A DNA stretch of 23,839 nucleotides from Silvanigrellaceae bacterium (GCA_049423385.1 JBMSQQ010000053.1:1-23839); one strand, 5' to 3'; counted from the stretch's first letter, positions 7,403-16,825 are shown. Translations and numbers: made by a program. Notes: a model not told the origin generated them from the sequence alone.

Positions 7403-8457
7403 TTGATGCTGTCCTCCATCTTTTGCAGCTCGCTCGGTGCTGAATTTGTTTCTGCAGCAGCATTTTCTCCGGATGCACCGGCTGTTGACTGCGCGCTGCG
7501 TGAAGCCATTTCGCGGAGGTTTTCATCCGACAGGTTCTTTTCTTGTGCCGCAATCAAGCGGCGAAGTTCCTGTTTCATTCCGACTGCGGTTTCGATGGTC
7601 TTGCGGTCGACCTTGCCCATGGCAAGCGTGCGATCGACGTACCGGGCTGCGCGTTTGTAGTCTTTGAGTCGCTCGCGGCTGATGTTGGCCAGATTTTCCA
7701 GAACGAGTGCATTGTCACCGGTGCGTCTGAGGACTTCATCAAGAGTCGCGACGGCCTCTTCGGATTGTCCCTCCGAGCTCATCACCAACGCGCGGCCAAC
7801 CTGTGCGTCCAGATGTTGAGGTTGAATTGCAAGTACCCGATCAAACAGGGCACCCGCTTTTTTGCTGTGGCCATTCTGGAAAAGCACAACACCCATGTTC
7901 ATGAGTGTCGGAATGTGATTCGGATTGAGGCTCAGGGCCTTGTTCCAGAGCGCCTTTGCATAAAGTGGATTGTTGAGCTGAAATTGGGCCAAACCTTCGT
8001 AGGAATACAATTCTGCATCCGCGCCCGAAAGGCTGGTGGCATTTCCGGTCAATGCAAGAGCCTCGTGTGGCCTTCGTTCCATCAGAGCGGCCTTGATGAG
8101 AGTCTTGAGGGCCCGCACATTGCGCAGATCACGTTTGAGAATGGTTCGGGCTTGTTCCGCTGCGTCGCGGCTCATGTGGCCCACCAGCAGCAATTCCGCC
8201 TTGGTTTGAAGAGTTTTTGCATCGAGTGCGTTTTTCGATTGTCCCGAACTGGAGAGAGCGAGTTTTTCGATGTTTTTTGGACGCCCTTCATTCCACATCA
8301 GACTGCCAGGGTCTTCGCTGACCTGAACAAGCAGCGACGCATTGTCGGCGCTGCGTATCGCCGTCGGGAGTCGTGTTGTTTGGCAACCGACAGCAAGAAG
8401 TGCACTTGCCAGAAGAGCGAATCCAAATTCGATGGAGCTTTTTTGTGTCTTTCTCAT
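7399..8457 (-). CDS. gltE: TPR lipoprotein, GltE/AglT-like
   Basis: Lipobox LLAVG-C; several TPRs (KALSLNPNHIPTLMNMGVVL, RVLAIQPQHLDA); located between the gltD-like and gltF-like genes as in Myxococcus. The symbol rests mainly on synteny. Confidence 0.65.
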   Translation of the reverse strand: MRKTQKSSIEFGFALLASALLAVGCQTTRLPTAIRSADNASLLVQVSEDPGSLMWNEGRPKNIEKLALSSSGQSKNALDAKTLQTKAELLLVGHMSRDAAEQARTILKRDLRNVRALKTLIKAALMERRPHEALALTGNATSLSGADAELYSYEGLAQFQLNNPLYAKALWNKALSLNPNHIPTLMNMGVVLFQNGHSKKAGALFDRVLAIQPQHLDAQVGRALVMSSEGQSEEAVATLDEVLRRTGDNALVLENLANISRERLKDYKRAARYVDRTLAMGKVDRKTIETAVGMKQELRRLIAAQEKNLSDENLREMASRSAQSTAGASGENAAAETNSAPSELQKMEDSIK

Positions 8458-8514
8458 GGCATTGTTCCTCTAATAAAGCATGAGTTTATGTTTTTTGGCA
8501 AAAAACACTTTCGT

Positions 8515-11500
8515 TCAATTTTCCTCGACAACTCCTTTCACCTCATTGTTGAGAGGAAGTTCATGTGCAAAATACGAAGGACGGGGCATGACTTCGATTG
8601 ATTTCCTGAAATCGTCCGGCCGGATTGTGGCCAATTTGTCCTTGAGAAGATGCGTGTATTGCGAAATGATTTCGGCATCGGACGCTTTGTCGAGTGCCTG
8701 CGAATAAAGTTTGGCAGCCTCTTCCTGAAGTGGGAGTGCAATCTTTTCGATTTTCGCTTTGAACGATTCGGTCTCCGCTGGCGAACTTCCTTGGGGCGCC
8801 GGAGCCTGCATGAGTATCAGAGCAAGTCCTTCCTGAATCTCGGCCACACGATACAATGCTCCGACCGCAGCCTCGACCTGTCCCGACTGTGAGAGTTGCA
8901 CATACTGTTGAGCCAGGCGCTGCGCATCGGTGCGGATGGAGCCGAATTCATTTTGAATTGCACTTCCGCTGCTGACGCGACGACTCAGCAGTTGACGGCT
9001 TTGTGCTTCGAGGAGTGAAAGTTGAACCTGGCCTGCCAATCTCAGTCCTTCAAACGCCCAAGCGCTCTGCAATTTTCCTGCAAAGAGCTTTCCGCGCGAC
9101 AGGGTCGCCGCCGCCATTTTTGCAGCCTCGCCTGCCTGACCCGCTGCGAGCCCAATCTGGGCAGCCTGGCCTGAAAAATAGAGTCCCCATTCCGGTGAGG
9201 TGTTCTGGCAGCGTTGATGGGCAGAATGGGCTGTCGCGAGAGTTGCCGTCGAGCGCATCATCATCTGTGCGTCCAGGACAAGCTTGAACATCTCGCAAAC
9301 ATCCGCCGGACGCTTCAGGTGTGGAATGGCTGCTTCTGCATTGGCGATGGCCTTGCCCGGATTGTTGTCGGCAAGCCGCAATTCGGCAGCGTGGGCGATC
9401 TCTTGTGCGAAGGTTTCCTTGTTGGTTCTGCGCGCTGCCAATTGCTCAAAGGCAGATGCCGCATCGCCGAGGCGTGCCATGGCTTCTGCGGTCATGGCCA
9501 TCATTTCAAGCGCCCGTGGCAAATATTCGGACGTCTGGTAGGTGGAAGAAAAGAGCCTCAGATTTGCGAGTGCCTCCTCGGGGCGATTGGCCTTGAATTG
9601 GTTGTTTGCGGCATTCACCAATGCTTTTCCCGCATCAGGATCGGTGGGGAAGTCTTTTTGATAGCTGACAAATTGCCGCGCAGCATCAAGGTGCATCCCG
9701 TTTTTCTCAGTCTGCAGGGCCTGCTGGAACAGAGCGACCCGCATCAGTTTGCTGATCTGCGCTCCTACGGGTGCGGCAGGAATTCCAGGGATGGAGAGAA
9801 AAGTCCTGGCATCGGCCGAAGCCTTTTGCCAATTTGAGGAATCGTACGATCGTTTGATGATGAGTCGCAGACCTTCGCTCACAAAAGGACTCTGTGGACT
9901 TTCCTTCGCCAATGACATCCATCGCTGGCTTGCCGGTGCCAGTTGACCAGATTGAAAATGTATCAGTGCAGCCCGATGGAGCAATGCAATGCGCTCGCTG
10001 TCTTTTGGAAACAGGGACGCGTGCAGATCAATGAGTTTGATCAGCCGGGCTTCGAGGGCTGGAATCGTTCCGTTGGCAATTCCAGCGGGAGTTCCTCTCC
10101 GTTGAATGAGGATGTCACTTTCAGCAATGGCATTTTCAAGCGCAATTTTCGTTTCAGGACGCTTGAGGCCAAGCTTTTTGTCGATCCAGGCTACCCGAGC
10201 GTAACCGTCAATTGCTTTCTCGTGTTCTTCCAGAGTGGTGTGCAGCTGTGATTTGTTGAATAGGGTTGAAAACATCTCCATCGACTCCGCTTGATGCCGA
10301 AGGGTGATTTCATACAGTGCCAACGCTTGGCGCGCCGTGGCCTTGTTTTTGCTCTTCTGGAATTCCGAATGGAATCTGAGGCTCCAGAGGTTTGCCTCAG
10401 ATGTGAGAAGCCTTTTGCTGTTTTCGCGTTCTTTCGCCGTTGGTTGAGACTTCCACCACTGCGATTCGGGTGAAGCCATGTCCGACAATTGCTGCAAACT
10501 TTCGACCATTTGTTCGCGCAGGTTGTCTTTCTCAAACAAAGCCGCCAGTCGGACCAGGAATTGTGGATTTTTTTCGCTTGCTGGAAACTCTTTCAGCAGT
10601 CTGGAATAGATTTCGATCGCTTCGCGATGTCGCCCTCCATCCGTGTGCAACCACGCAAGTCGTTCGAGCAGGGATGCATAGAGGCCGGTTTCGTTCATCG
10701 ACTTGAAATACTTCTGGGCTTCGTCGATGTCGCCCAATTCCGCGTAGACCAGCACCATGTCGCGCAAAGCATCCTTGCGAAGCATGGCCAGTTTTTTTCC
10801 TGATCCGCCTTCCTGGATGAATTTTTCCAACAGCTTGAATGCAGTCAGCGATTTTTGAAGGTTTTTTGCAGTCTCCTCATCACTTCCACGGATGTTGAAG
10901 AACGTCCATCCAAGCTTGTAGACGGCATAGGGATATGCCCGGTGAGTCCTGAAATTCAGAACTTTCTGGTAATACGTCTGTGCGTCGTTGAACTTGTTTC
11001 TGCTGAAATAGAACTCGCCGAGGGCAAGATTTGCATCGGGTATGAAATTCGATTTCGGAAAGCGATCAATCAGTCGCTGGAAATAAGGTGCAGCACTTTC
11101 GCTTTTCATTTCCGTCAGCAGAAAGCCGAGTTGGTAGAGTGCATCGGGTGTGCGGCTGTGATTGGGAAATTGATTGACCACATTGCGGAGGATCTGGGTC
11201 GCCGCATTCAACGATTGCATTGACTGGACCTGGGATATCTTTGGCTCGGGACCGCTTCGGTGATTGTTGAGCCATTTCGTGTGCGCTGCTTCGTATTGAT
11301 TCATTTCCCGAATGAGGAAATAGGTGTGCCTTTCGGAGTGCAATTCTGCCAACCGGAGAAGAAGATCAATCCGTTGGTTGGGCGATGAGGGCTGGCGGAG
11401 AATTTTTTCAATGCTTTGGATGGTCGCAAAGCGCAGGCTCTCGATTTCCTCTTCGCGCGTGGATTGCTTTCCAAGCTGATCATCCGATCGCCGCATGAAG

Positions 11501-11847
11501 CTGGCAAAGTCGAACAAGCCGGGTGCTTCGAAACGTCCTTCGGAGATAACCGAGGAAGTGCGCAGAGACCGAGTGAATTGCGAGGTTTGCTGTTTCAAGC
11601 TTTCTATTGCCGAGAGTCCACCGGTCTGGATTTGGGTGGTCCTGGATTGAAGCATCCGCGGTGCTGCAACCCCCTGCCAACTGTTCATCGCAGCAATGGG
11701 GTCCGTGTTCGATGCAATGGTTGCCTTGCTTTCCATTGCAGACTGGACCTTTGCGGGGTTCTGCTTTGCCTTGGCTTCATCCTCTAAAGTCGCCATCAGC
11801 AAAGCTGCCAATCCCAAGCAGGGAATCAATCTCTTATTTTTCTGCAT
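8515..11847 (-). CDS. gltD: Large exported TPR protein, GltD/AgmU-like (~1110 aa)
   Basis: Signal peptide MQKNKRLIPCLGLAALL at ATG 11847 (RBS GGAGAGG). Motifs LLLRLAELHSE, DALYQLGF, RLIDRFPKSNFIPDANLALGEFYF, YAVYKLGWTFFN, and C-terminal AALYRVAEI-like / IALPLQEEA. Confidence 0.75.
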   Translation of the reverse strand: MQKNKRLIPCLGLAALLMATLEDEAKAKQNPAKVQSAMESKATIASNTDPIAAMNSWQGVAAPRMLQSRTTQIQTGGLSAIESLKQQTSQFTRSLRTSSVISEGRFEAPGLFDFASFMRRSDDQLGKQSTREEEIESLRFATIQSIEKILRQPSSPNQRIDLLLRLAELHSERHTYFLIREMNQYEAAHTKWLNNHRSGPEPKISQVQSMQSLNAATQILRNVVNQFPNHSRTPDALYQLGFLLTEMKSESAAPYFQRLIDRFPKSNFIPDANLALGEFYFSRNKFNDAQTYYQKVLNFRTHRAYPYAVYKLGWTFFNIRGSDEETAKNLQKSLTAFKLLEKFIQEGGSGKKLAMLRKDALRDMVLVYAELGDIDEAQKYFKSMNETGLYASLLERLAWLHTDGGRHREAIEIYSRLLKEFPASEKNPQFLVRLAALFEKDNLREQMVESLQQLSDMASPESQWWKSQPTAKERENSKRLLTSEANLWSLRFHSEFQKSKNKATARQALALYEITLRHQAESMEMFSTLFNKSQLHTTLEEHEKAIDGYARVAWIDKKLGLKRPETKIALENAIAESDILIQRRGTPAGIANGTIPALEARLIKLIDLHASLFPKDSERIALLHRAALIHFQSGQLAPASQRWMSLAKESPQSPFVSEGLRLIIKRSYDSSNWQKASADARTFLSIPGIPAAPVGAQISKLMRVALFQQALQTEKNGMHLDAARQFVSYQKDFPTDPDAGKALVNAANNQFKANRPEEALANLRLFSSTYQTSEYLPRALEMMAMTAEAMARLGDAASAFEQLAARRTNKETFAQEIAHAAELRLADNNPGKAIANAEAAIPHLKRPADVCEMFKLVLDAQMMMRSTATLATAHSAHQRCQNTSPEWGLYFSGQAAQIGLAAGQAGEAAKMAAATLSRGKLFAGKLQSAWAFEGLRLAGQVQLSLLEAQSRQLLSRRVSSGSAIQNEFGSIRTDAQRLAQQYVQLSQSGQVEAAVGALYRVAEIQEGLALILMQAPAPQGSSPAETESFKAKIEKIALPLQEEAAKLYSQALDKASDAEIISQYTHLLKDKLATIRPDDFRKSIEVMPRPSYFAHELPLNNEVKGVVEEN

Positions 11848-13537
11848 GACGCGCCACCTCTCCTTCTGTTTTGTCGCAACTTGATGTCTTCTTGAAAACG
11901 AAACTGTCGAGTTCGTCTTGCCAAAACTCACGTTTGTCATTGTTCCAAAGATGCGGTTCCTGGCTGGCGGATTCGATGAACTCCTCCTCGGTTCCGGTGA
12001 ATTGCTGCCCGGAAGCCGAACGTCCATTGTTTGCCATCTTGTCTTTTTCAGCAGTCATGATTTCCAGATGAATCAACCGGAGTTGGGAAAAGGCACGATC
12101 GTAGTCGGAGCGCATGGAATCAATCACGGCCAGCACGTGCATTCCGATCTGGGACTGCTCCGATTCCTCCCGCTGAACCAGTGCATTCACGACCGTTTTC
12201 TTGATGCGCAGAGGCCAGTTTTCGGTATGGAATGCCAGCCTGTTTTCCCTGAGTTTTTGCAATGATTTCATTTTTCTGACGATCAGTGGCTTGTTGGCGA
12301 TCGTCTGCAAACTGCGCGGTCCGAGCGAGTTGTTTTTGGAACTCACACCAAGAAAAAGCGCCTCGGCAACTGAAAATGCCTTCTTCACCAAGGTCTTCTT
12401 TTCATCCGCAGTTGCATTTTCAGCGGTTCTCCATTTTCCCAGCAATGCCGAATCATTTTTTGTGTGCGCCACAAAACTGCGAATGTTTCTTCTTGCCGCC
12501 GGAAAGTCACACAGCCAGTAATTGACCGATGCACTCAGAAAATACTGATCGGGTTGAAACTGGTTGCTGAAAAATGGGCTTGTGGCACCGTATTCGGCAC
12601 CCAATGCACGATTGGGATGTCCGGCCATGAAGAAAGCCCATCCTTGTTCGCTCAGGCTCTCGTAGAACAGGGGGCTTTTGGAATCGATGGTGCGATAAAG
12701 CGCCAGTGCATCCTTGAATTCCTTGTTTTCAAACATGAGCCTGGCCAAGTTCAGTGCAGCAATTTCTTTCAGGTTGACCAGACTTTCACTCTCCATCCCG
12801 GAGCTCTTTTCTGCCTCAGTGGTTTCGAGTGACAGGACTGTTTCGAGTGAAATTTTTGCTTTTTGCAGTTGTCCGTTGGCCGCGTTCAAAAGTCCCTCGT
12901 TGAGGCGGGCGTGGCGGAACAAGGGCGACGACGGCTCGACTTTGGCCAGTTGAGCAAGAGCTTCCTCAGTCTTGCCTTTGCCTTTGGCAGCGATTCCCAA
13001 AAAGAAGTTCCAGTTTCCGTCTGTCAGCGTGTGTCCTGAACTTGCAAGTGCCGCGGCGACTTCTGCCAGCGCGGTGTAATTGGAACTGTCTGACACTCCA
13101 ATTTTGCCTTGAAAATCCTTCCAGATCAGAACGGTTGCATTTTTGTTGATTTTCAATGGCGCTGTTGTTGCAGCTTTTTTGATGAGTTCAACGGCCGCCA
13201 TGCGGCTGGACTCTTCGCTGCACAGGACAATAGACTGCGCGAGCATGATGCGCGATTGGTTTTCAAGGGTGTGGAACTGGGTTTCGAGATCTTTCTGCAG
13301 TTGCTCAACAAATGCAAGTTTTTTTGTCATTGAGTTGCTTTTTTGTTGCCACGCACGGTCGAGAAGCTGCAATTCCTTTGGGGTTTTTTTTGCGTTGTTC
13401 GGGGCTTGCTTTTTTGAAACTTGTGCAGCCTTTGTCGAATCGACGTTGTCGGCATTTGCCGGTTTTGGCATACCTGCCGACAGAATCAGCATCGCCAATG
13501 ATCCGCCCAGCCGTTTCGGAAAAGATGATCTGTTCAT
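11834..13537 (-). CDS. gltC: Exported TPR protein, GltC-like
   Basis: Signal peptide ending ANA. AALNLARLMFE, SPLFYESLSEQGWAFF, RALG...SPFF, YWLCDF and C-terminal W...EFWQDELDSF...C follow the GltC pattern. ATG 13537 lies just after the upstream stop. Confidence 0.75.
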   Translation of the reverse strand: MNRSSFPKRLGGSLAMLILSAGMPKPANADNVDSTKAAQVSKKQAPNNAKKTPKELQLLDRAWQQKSNSMTKKLAFVEQLQKDLETQFHTLENQSRIMLAQSIVLCSEESSRMAAVELIKKAATTAPLKINKNATVLIWKDFQGKIGVSDSSNYTALAEVAAALASSGHTLTDGNWNFFLGIAAKGKGKTEEALAQLAKVEPSSPLFRHARLNEGLLNAANGQLQKAKISLETVLSLETTEAEKSSGMESESLVNLKEIAALNLARLMFENKEFKDALALYRTIDSKSPLFYESLSEQGWAFFMAGHPNRALGAEYGATSPFFSNQFQPDQYFLSASVNYWLCDFPAARRNIRSFVAHTKNDSALLGKWRTAENATADEKKTLVKKAFSVAEALFLGVSSKNNSLGPRSLQTIANKPLIVRKMKSLQKLRENRLAFHTENWPLRIKKTVVNALVQREESEQSQIGMHVLAVIDSMRSDYDRAFSQLRLIHLEIMTAEKDKMANNGRSASGQQFTGTEEEFIESASQEPHLWNNDKREFWQDELDSFVFKKTSSCDKTEGEVARHAEK

Positions 13538-13541
13538 GACA

Positions 13542-14240
13542 TCAATCTCCGGAATTGAGAAAAGCACTGAGTCCAAACTGGGCAACCCAGTTGTGACGCC
13601 AGCTGCTCAAGGACGTTTCACCATTGCTCACGGTTTGTTTCAGGAAAACATCCGTTGCGTCGATCCGCAGACTGAATGAACGCGAGAAATAGAAGCGTTG
13701 GCCAATTCCTGGTGTCAGCGCCCACTTTTGACCCTGGGTTGTCTCGACGCGGGCTGCACCTGCGCTGAGCGTGAGGTCGGAATAAAGGATCAGCCAATCA
13801 AAAAGATTGATTTTCCCATAGATAGGCGCCGTCACCAGCTGAAGTTGATGTGATTTCGAGAGTCGAATGTAGCTCGGCTCAATCGAACGGCATTCGAGAG
13901 CCACACAGACTTCCTGTTTGCGAAGCGCAAGCAAATCAGGTGAATCCGCTGCCTTGAACTTGGCATAGTTGTATTCAACACCGATTTTTTCGCTCAGAAA
14001 AAGACCCACCCTTCCACCAAATGAACTGGTGTTCGAGTAGCTCTCATTCAAAATGGTTCCGGCGCTGACTCCGGTTTCAAGGCGGAGCTGCTTGGTGAAG
14101 AAACGGTTTTGCAGAACCGTCGGGGCTGTGTCGTTGCCCGTGTCCGTTGCCAACGCAAGCAGGCGTCCGTCGGATTTTGGGCCAGCAATGCCCACAGCTG
14201 AAACACTCGCCCAGGCGAGTGCAAGATGTGTCTTCCACAT
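13542..14240 (-). CDS. Outer-membrane beta-barrel protein, GltA/GltB-like myxobacterial/Bdellovibrio family
   Basis: Signal peptide; VLQNRFFTKQLRLE, APIYGKINLF and GIGQRFYFSRSFSLRID; alternating beta strands ending QFGLSAFL; adjacent to gltC. Confidence 0.75.
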   Translation of the reverse strand: MWKTHLALAWASVSAVGIAGPKSDGRLLALATDTGNDTAPTVLQNRFFTKQLRLETGVSAGTILNESYSNTSSFGGRVGLFLSEKIGVEYNYAKFKAADSPDLLALRKQEVCVALECRSIEPSYIRLSKSHQLQLVTAPIYGKINLFDWLILYSDLTLSAGAARVETTQGQKWALTPGIGQRFYFSRSFSLRIDATDVFLKQTVSNGETSLSSWRHNWVAQFGLSAFLNSGD

Positions 14241-14270
14241 GGTCGAATCCTCTAAGTTGACCTGTGGGTA

Positions 14271-14297
14271 TCATCGACGGCAAATTGACGAACTTGA
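14271..14297 (-). promoter_or_regulatory. Putative sigma28 (FliA)-like promoter of the glt cluster
   Basis: Minus strand TCAAG-N14-GTCGATGA, 30 nt before ATG 14240 (RBS GAGGA). Confidence 0.55.
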
Positions 14298-14327
14298 GCT
14301 TTTTGGGAAAAAATTTCCTGGAGGGTC

Positions 14328-15872
14328 TTATTTTGCGAGTGCTGCCGCGCCTATAACAGCCTTGAGGTCGTCATCCGAAAAGCGCAGACCAGCTCCAAAA
14401 AACGAGACGGGCTTTGGTGAGCGGCCAATGTTGTCGGCTCCACCGGTGATATAAACATTGGGCGTCACGAACAGGCTTGCATATCCCTTGACCCGCGCAA
14501 AACCCTTGGAACGATAGTCGGCCTGGCTGAGGTCGTCGCCAAATTGGAAGACTTCAACCGAAGTGCTGAGACGATCGGAAAACAAGTAGAGATCCCCGGC
14601 AACCCCGGCATAACTTTCAAACAGCCCGAAGCGCACACCCAGGTGGTCGAAGCGCTTGGCAAATTGCACATTGTACTTGATTCTTGGCCGTTCCTCGGAT
14701 GTGGTCGTCTCGACCCGGGTGATGTCGGCGTTCGTCGAATCCTTTGTGACAGTTGTTCTTTCCTCGGTGATTTTTCGGCTCTGTGGAGAATCCGAAACTC
14801 CAAGCAAATAGTACCTGTCGGGTCGGGTTGCCAATCTCAAGTTGAAGTGGTTGCCTGCGTTGCCCACATAGCGGGTGTCGTCGCTGCGGAGCTCGCCCTT
14901 GTAGTCGACCTCGATGCGCAACTTGGCCGCTGGCTTGAGAATTTCCTGAACGCTTTTGAGCGTTGTCTTGAGCTCATTGGCTGCGTCATCCTTGGACACC
15001 AATTGGCCCAGGGTGCCCTCGCCTTTTTCAACCTTGTCGACAATCAATTGGACCTTGCTGGTGGCCTGTCGCACGCTCTGCATGGAGTCATCGAGTGCTG
15101 CAACGATGTTTTCGATCCGGTTTTTGTTCTCGCCGGACATCACCTTGCGCAGTTCTGCACTGAAGACTTTCATGTCCTTGCTGGCATCGGCCACAGCGAG
15201 CATGATTTCGTCGATTCTTCCGTCGTGCTTTGCCAACAGGCCATTCACACGTGTGATGGACTCACGCAATGTGTCGAGCGTCGCCGCGATGTTTGCCTTT
15301 TGTCCGGAGACGATGTCACGCGCTTCAGCGGTGATTTTTTCCACGTTTGAAACAATGCTCTGCAACGTGGATTGTCCGTCTCCCCCACCAAACACCTTGG
15401 CCAGTGTACGACTCACGGTCTGGAGATCCTGGGCAATGCTGCCCAACGAACTCATCAGCGTCCCCATGTCGTTGAACTCTTTCATCTGGGGAATCTGCGA
15501 ACCGGTTTCCAGCTCTTCCTTGCTGTCCTCGTTGCGCACGATTTCGAGATAGACATCTCCAAGAATACCGCGCGATCTAAGCTCAATATAGGAACCTTTT
15601 GGAATCTTCACCGAGCCGTTCACCCGGAAGTTCACCTTTGCGCCCTTTGGAAGAATGTCGATCGACTCAACTTCTCCAACCTGCACACCACTCGTGCGCA
15701 CCTGCGTGCGAGCACCCACACCACCAACATTCTGCAGTACTGTGTTGAATCTGAGCGGGCGAGCGGTAAACGGATTTCCTTCGAGTGTGACAATGATTCC
15801 ACCCAATGCTCCAAGTGCGCACAGGGTGAAAAGCCCGACCTTCAATTCGGTGGTCACGGTTCTTTCGAACAT
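14328..15872 (-). CDS. mlaD: Long MlaD/MCE protein: N-terminal TM, one MCE domain, long helical region, C-terminal beta-rich domain
   Basis: ELKVGLF plus TM helix; VGGVGARTQVRTSGVQVGEV and RGILGDVYLEI; heptad-like helical middle; GEGTLGQLV; amphipathic beta strands to FFGAGLRF. Confidence 0.9.
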   Translation of the reverse strand: MFERTVTTELKVGLFTLCALGALGGIIVTLEGNPFTARPLRFNTVLQNVGGVGARTQVRTSGVQVGEVESIDILPKGAKVNFRVNGSVKIPKGSYIELRSRGILGDVYLEIVRNEDSKEELETGSQIPQMKEFNDMGTLMSSLGSIAQDLQTVSRTLAKVFGGGDGQSTLQSIVSNVEKITAEARDIVSGQKANIAATLDTLRESITRVNGLLAKHDGRIDEIMLAVADASKDMKVFSAELRKVMSGENKNRIENIVAALDDSMQSVRQATSKVQLIVDKVEKGEGTLGQLVSKDDAANELKTTLKSVQEILKPAAKLRIEVDYKGELRSDDTRYVGNAGNHFNLRLATRPDRYYLLGVSDSPQSRKITEERTTVTKDSTNADITRVETTTSEERPRIKYNVQFAKRFDHLGVRFGLFESYAGVAGDLYLFSDRLSTSVEVFQFGDDLSQADYRSKGFARVKGYASLFVTPNVYITGGADNIGRSPKPVSFFGAGLRFSDDDLKAVIGAAALAK

Positions 15873-15921
15873 TCACAACTCTCATTGCCCGAAGGCAAGC
15901 AAAAACGTTCACTTCAGTCTA

Positions 15922-15948
15922 TCATCGGAATCGAAATTAACATCTTGA
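15922..15948 (-). promoter_or_regulatory. Putative internal sigma28 (FliA)-like promoter upstream of mlaD
   Basis: Minus strand TCAAG-N14-TCCGATGA in the 125-bp mlaF-mlaD gap; it overlaps a possible extended -10 (TGA-TAGACT). Confidence 0.55.
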
Positions 15949-15997
15949 GATTGGATGGGTAACATTTTCAGCCCGTCGGAGTCGCGGCATCGATGCA

Positions 15998-16822
15998 TCA
16001 GGCAATGGGTTGTCCCAACGGGCCGGTCAAGGAGCCGGTGAGAAATTGTTGAATGACAGGATCTTTGCTTTGAAGAAAGTCTTGTGGAGTTCCGGACATG
16101 TACATTTTTCCTTCGTGAAGGAAAAAAATCCTGTCGGCGATGCGCAGCACCGACTGGATGTCATGACTGATGACGACGCTCGATAGGCCTGGAATCTTTT
16201 TTTGCATTTCAACAATAAGGTTATCAATCAGCTCGGAAACCAAGGGATCCATCCCGGTGGTCGGCTCATCGTAAAGCAACAAAGATGGATTCAGGGCAAG
16301 AGCCCGCGCGAGCCCGACCCGTTTTCGTTCGCCGATGGAAAGATCCGGAACCTGGGCCATACCATAACCTGGGAGCCCGACGGTCTCGAGCAACATGTTC
16401 ACCTTGTCGGCGAGTTGCCGCGGCGAAAGCTTTTCGAACTCCCGAATCGGGAAGGCGACGTTTTCGCCAACGCTCATGCTGTCGAACAACGCGCCGTCCT
16501 GGAAAAGTAGTCCCATTTTTCTGCGCGCCTCAATCCAATCGGTTTCGGGTGCATGGGTCAACACTTTTCCATTGATTGAAATTTCACCTTCATCTGGATG
16601 AAGCACGCCAATGATGTGCTTGATGGTGACAGATTTACCTTCTCCCGATCGTCCAATGATGAAACTGATTTCGCCTTGTTGAAGTTCAAAACTCAATCCG
16701 CGCAGAACCTGCTGATGACCAAATGATTTGCGGACGTTTGAAAAACGCACAATGGTCTTGTTTTTTGCGGAGGATAGATTGAGCGACGCTGGAGACTCGC
16801 TTCTGGGACTTTGCGAAGTCAT
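15998..16822 (-). CDS. mlaF: MlaF/Mkl-family ABC ATPase
   Basis: Walker A GRSGEGKS, LFQDGALFDSMSVGENVAFP, signature LSIGE, Walker B LLLYDEPTTGMDP, ISHD, and DPVIQQFL. Confidence 0.93.
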   Translation of the reverse strand: MTSQSPRSESPASLNLSSAKNKTIVRFSNVRKSFGHQQVLRGLSFELQQGEISFIIGRSGEGKSVTIKHIIGVLHPDEGEISINGKVLTHAPETDWIEARRKMGLLFQDGALFDSMSVGENVAFPIREFEKLSPRQLADKVNMLLETVGLPGYGMAQVPDLSIGERKRVGLARALALNPSLLLYDEPTTGMDPLVSELIDNLIVEMQKKIPGLSSVVISHDIQSVLRIADRIFFLHEGKMYMSGTPQDFLQSKDPVIQQFLTGSLTGPLGQPIA

Positions 16823-16825
16823 TCG

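Noticed and set aside
8489..8507. Inverted repeat TGTTTTTT-GGC-AAAAAACA between gltD and gltE
   Set aside because: Nearly all A/T and too weak to call a terminator; function unsupported.
7543..8601. 352-aa plus-strand ORF
   Set aside because: Antisense shadow of the gltE-like gene; no recognisable motifs or RBS.
11848..12027. Extended N-termini given by the ORF track (gltD 12027; likewise gltC 13585, tatA 20218, dapF 5309)
   Set aside because: They overlap upstream genes or promoter DNA. Downstream ATGs have an RBS or stop-start coupling and place signal peptides at the N-terminus.
14544..15962. Long plus-strand ORFs (268, 198 and 196 aa) opposite mlaD
   Set aside because: Antisense to a well-supported gene; typical codon-bias shadows.
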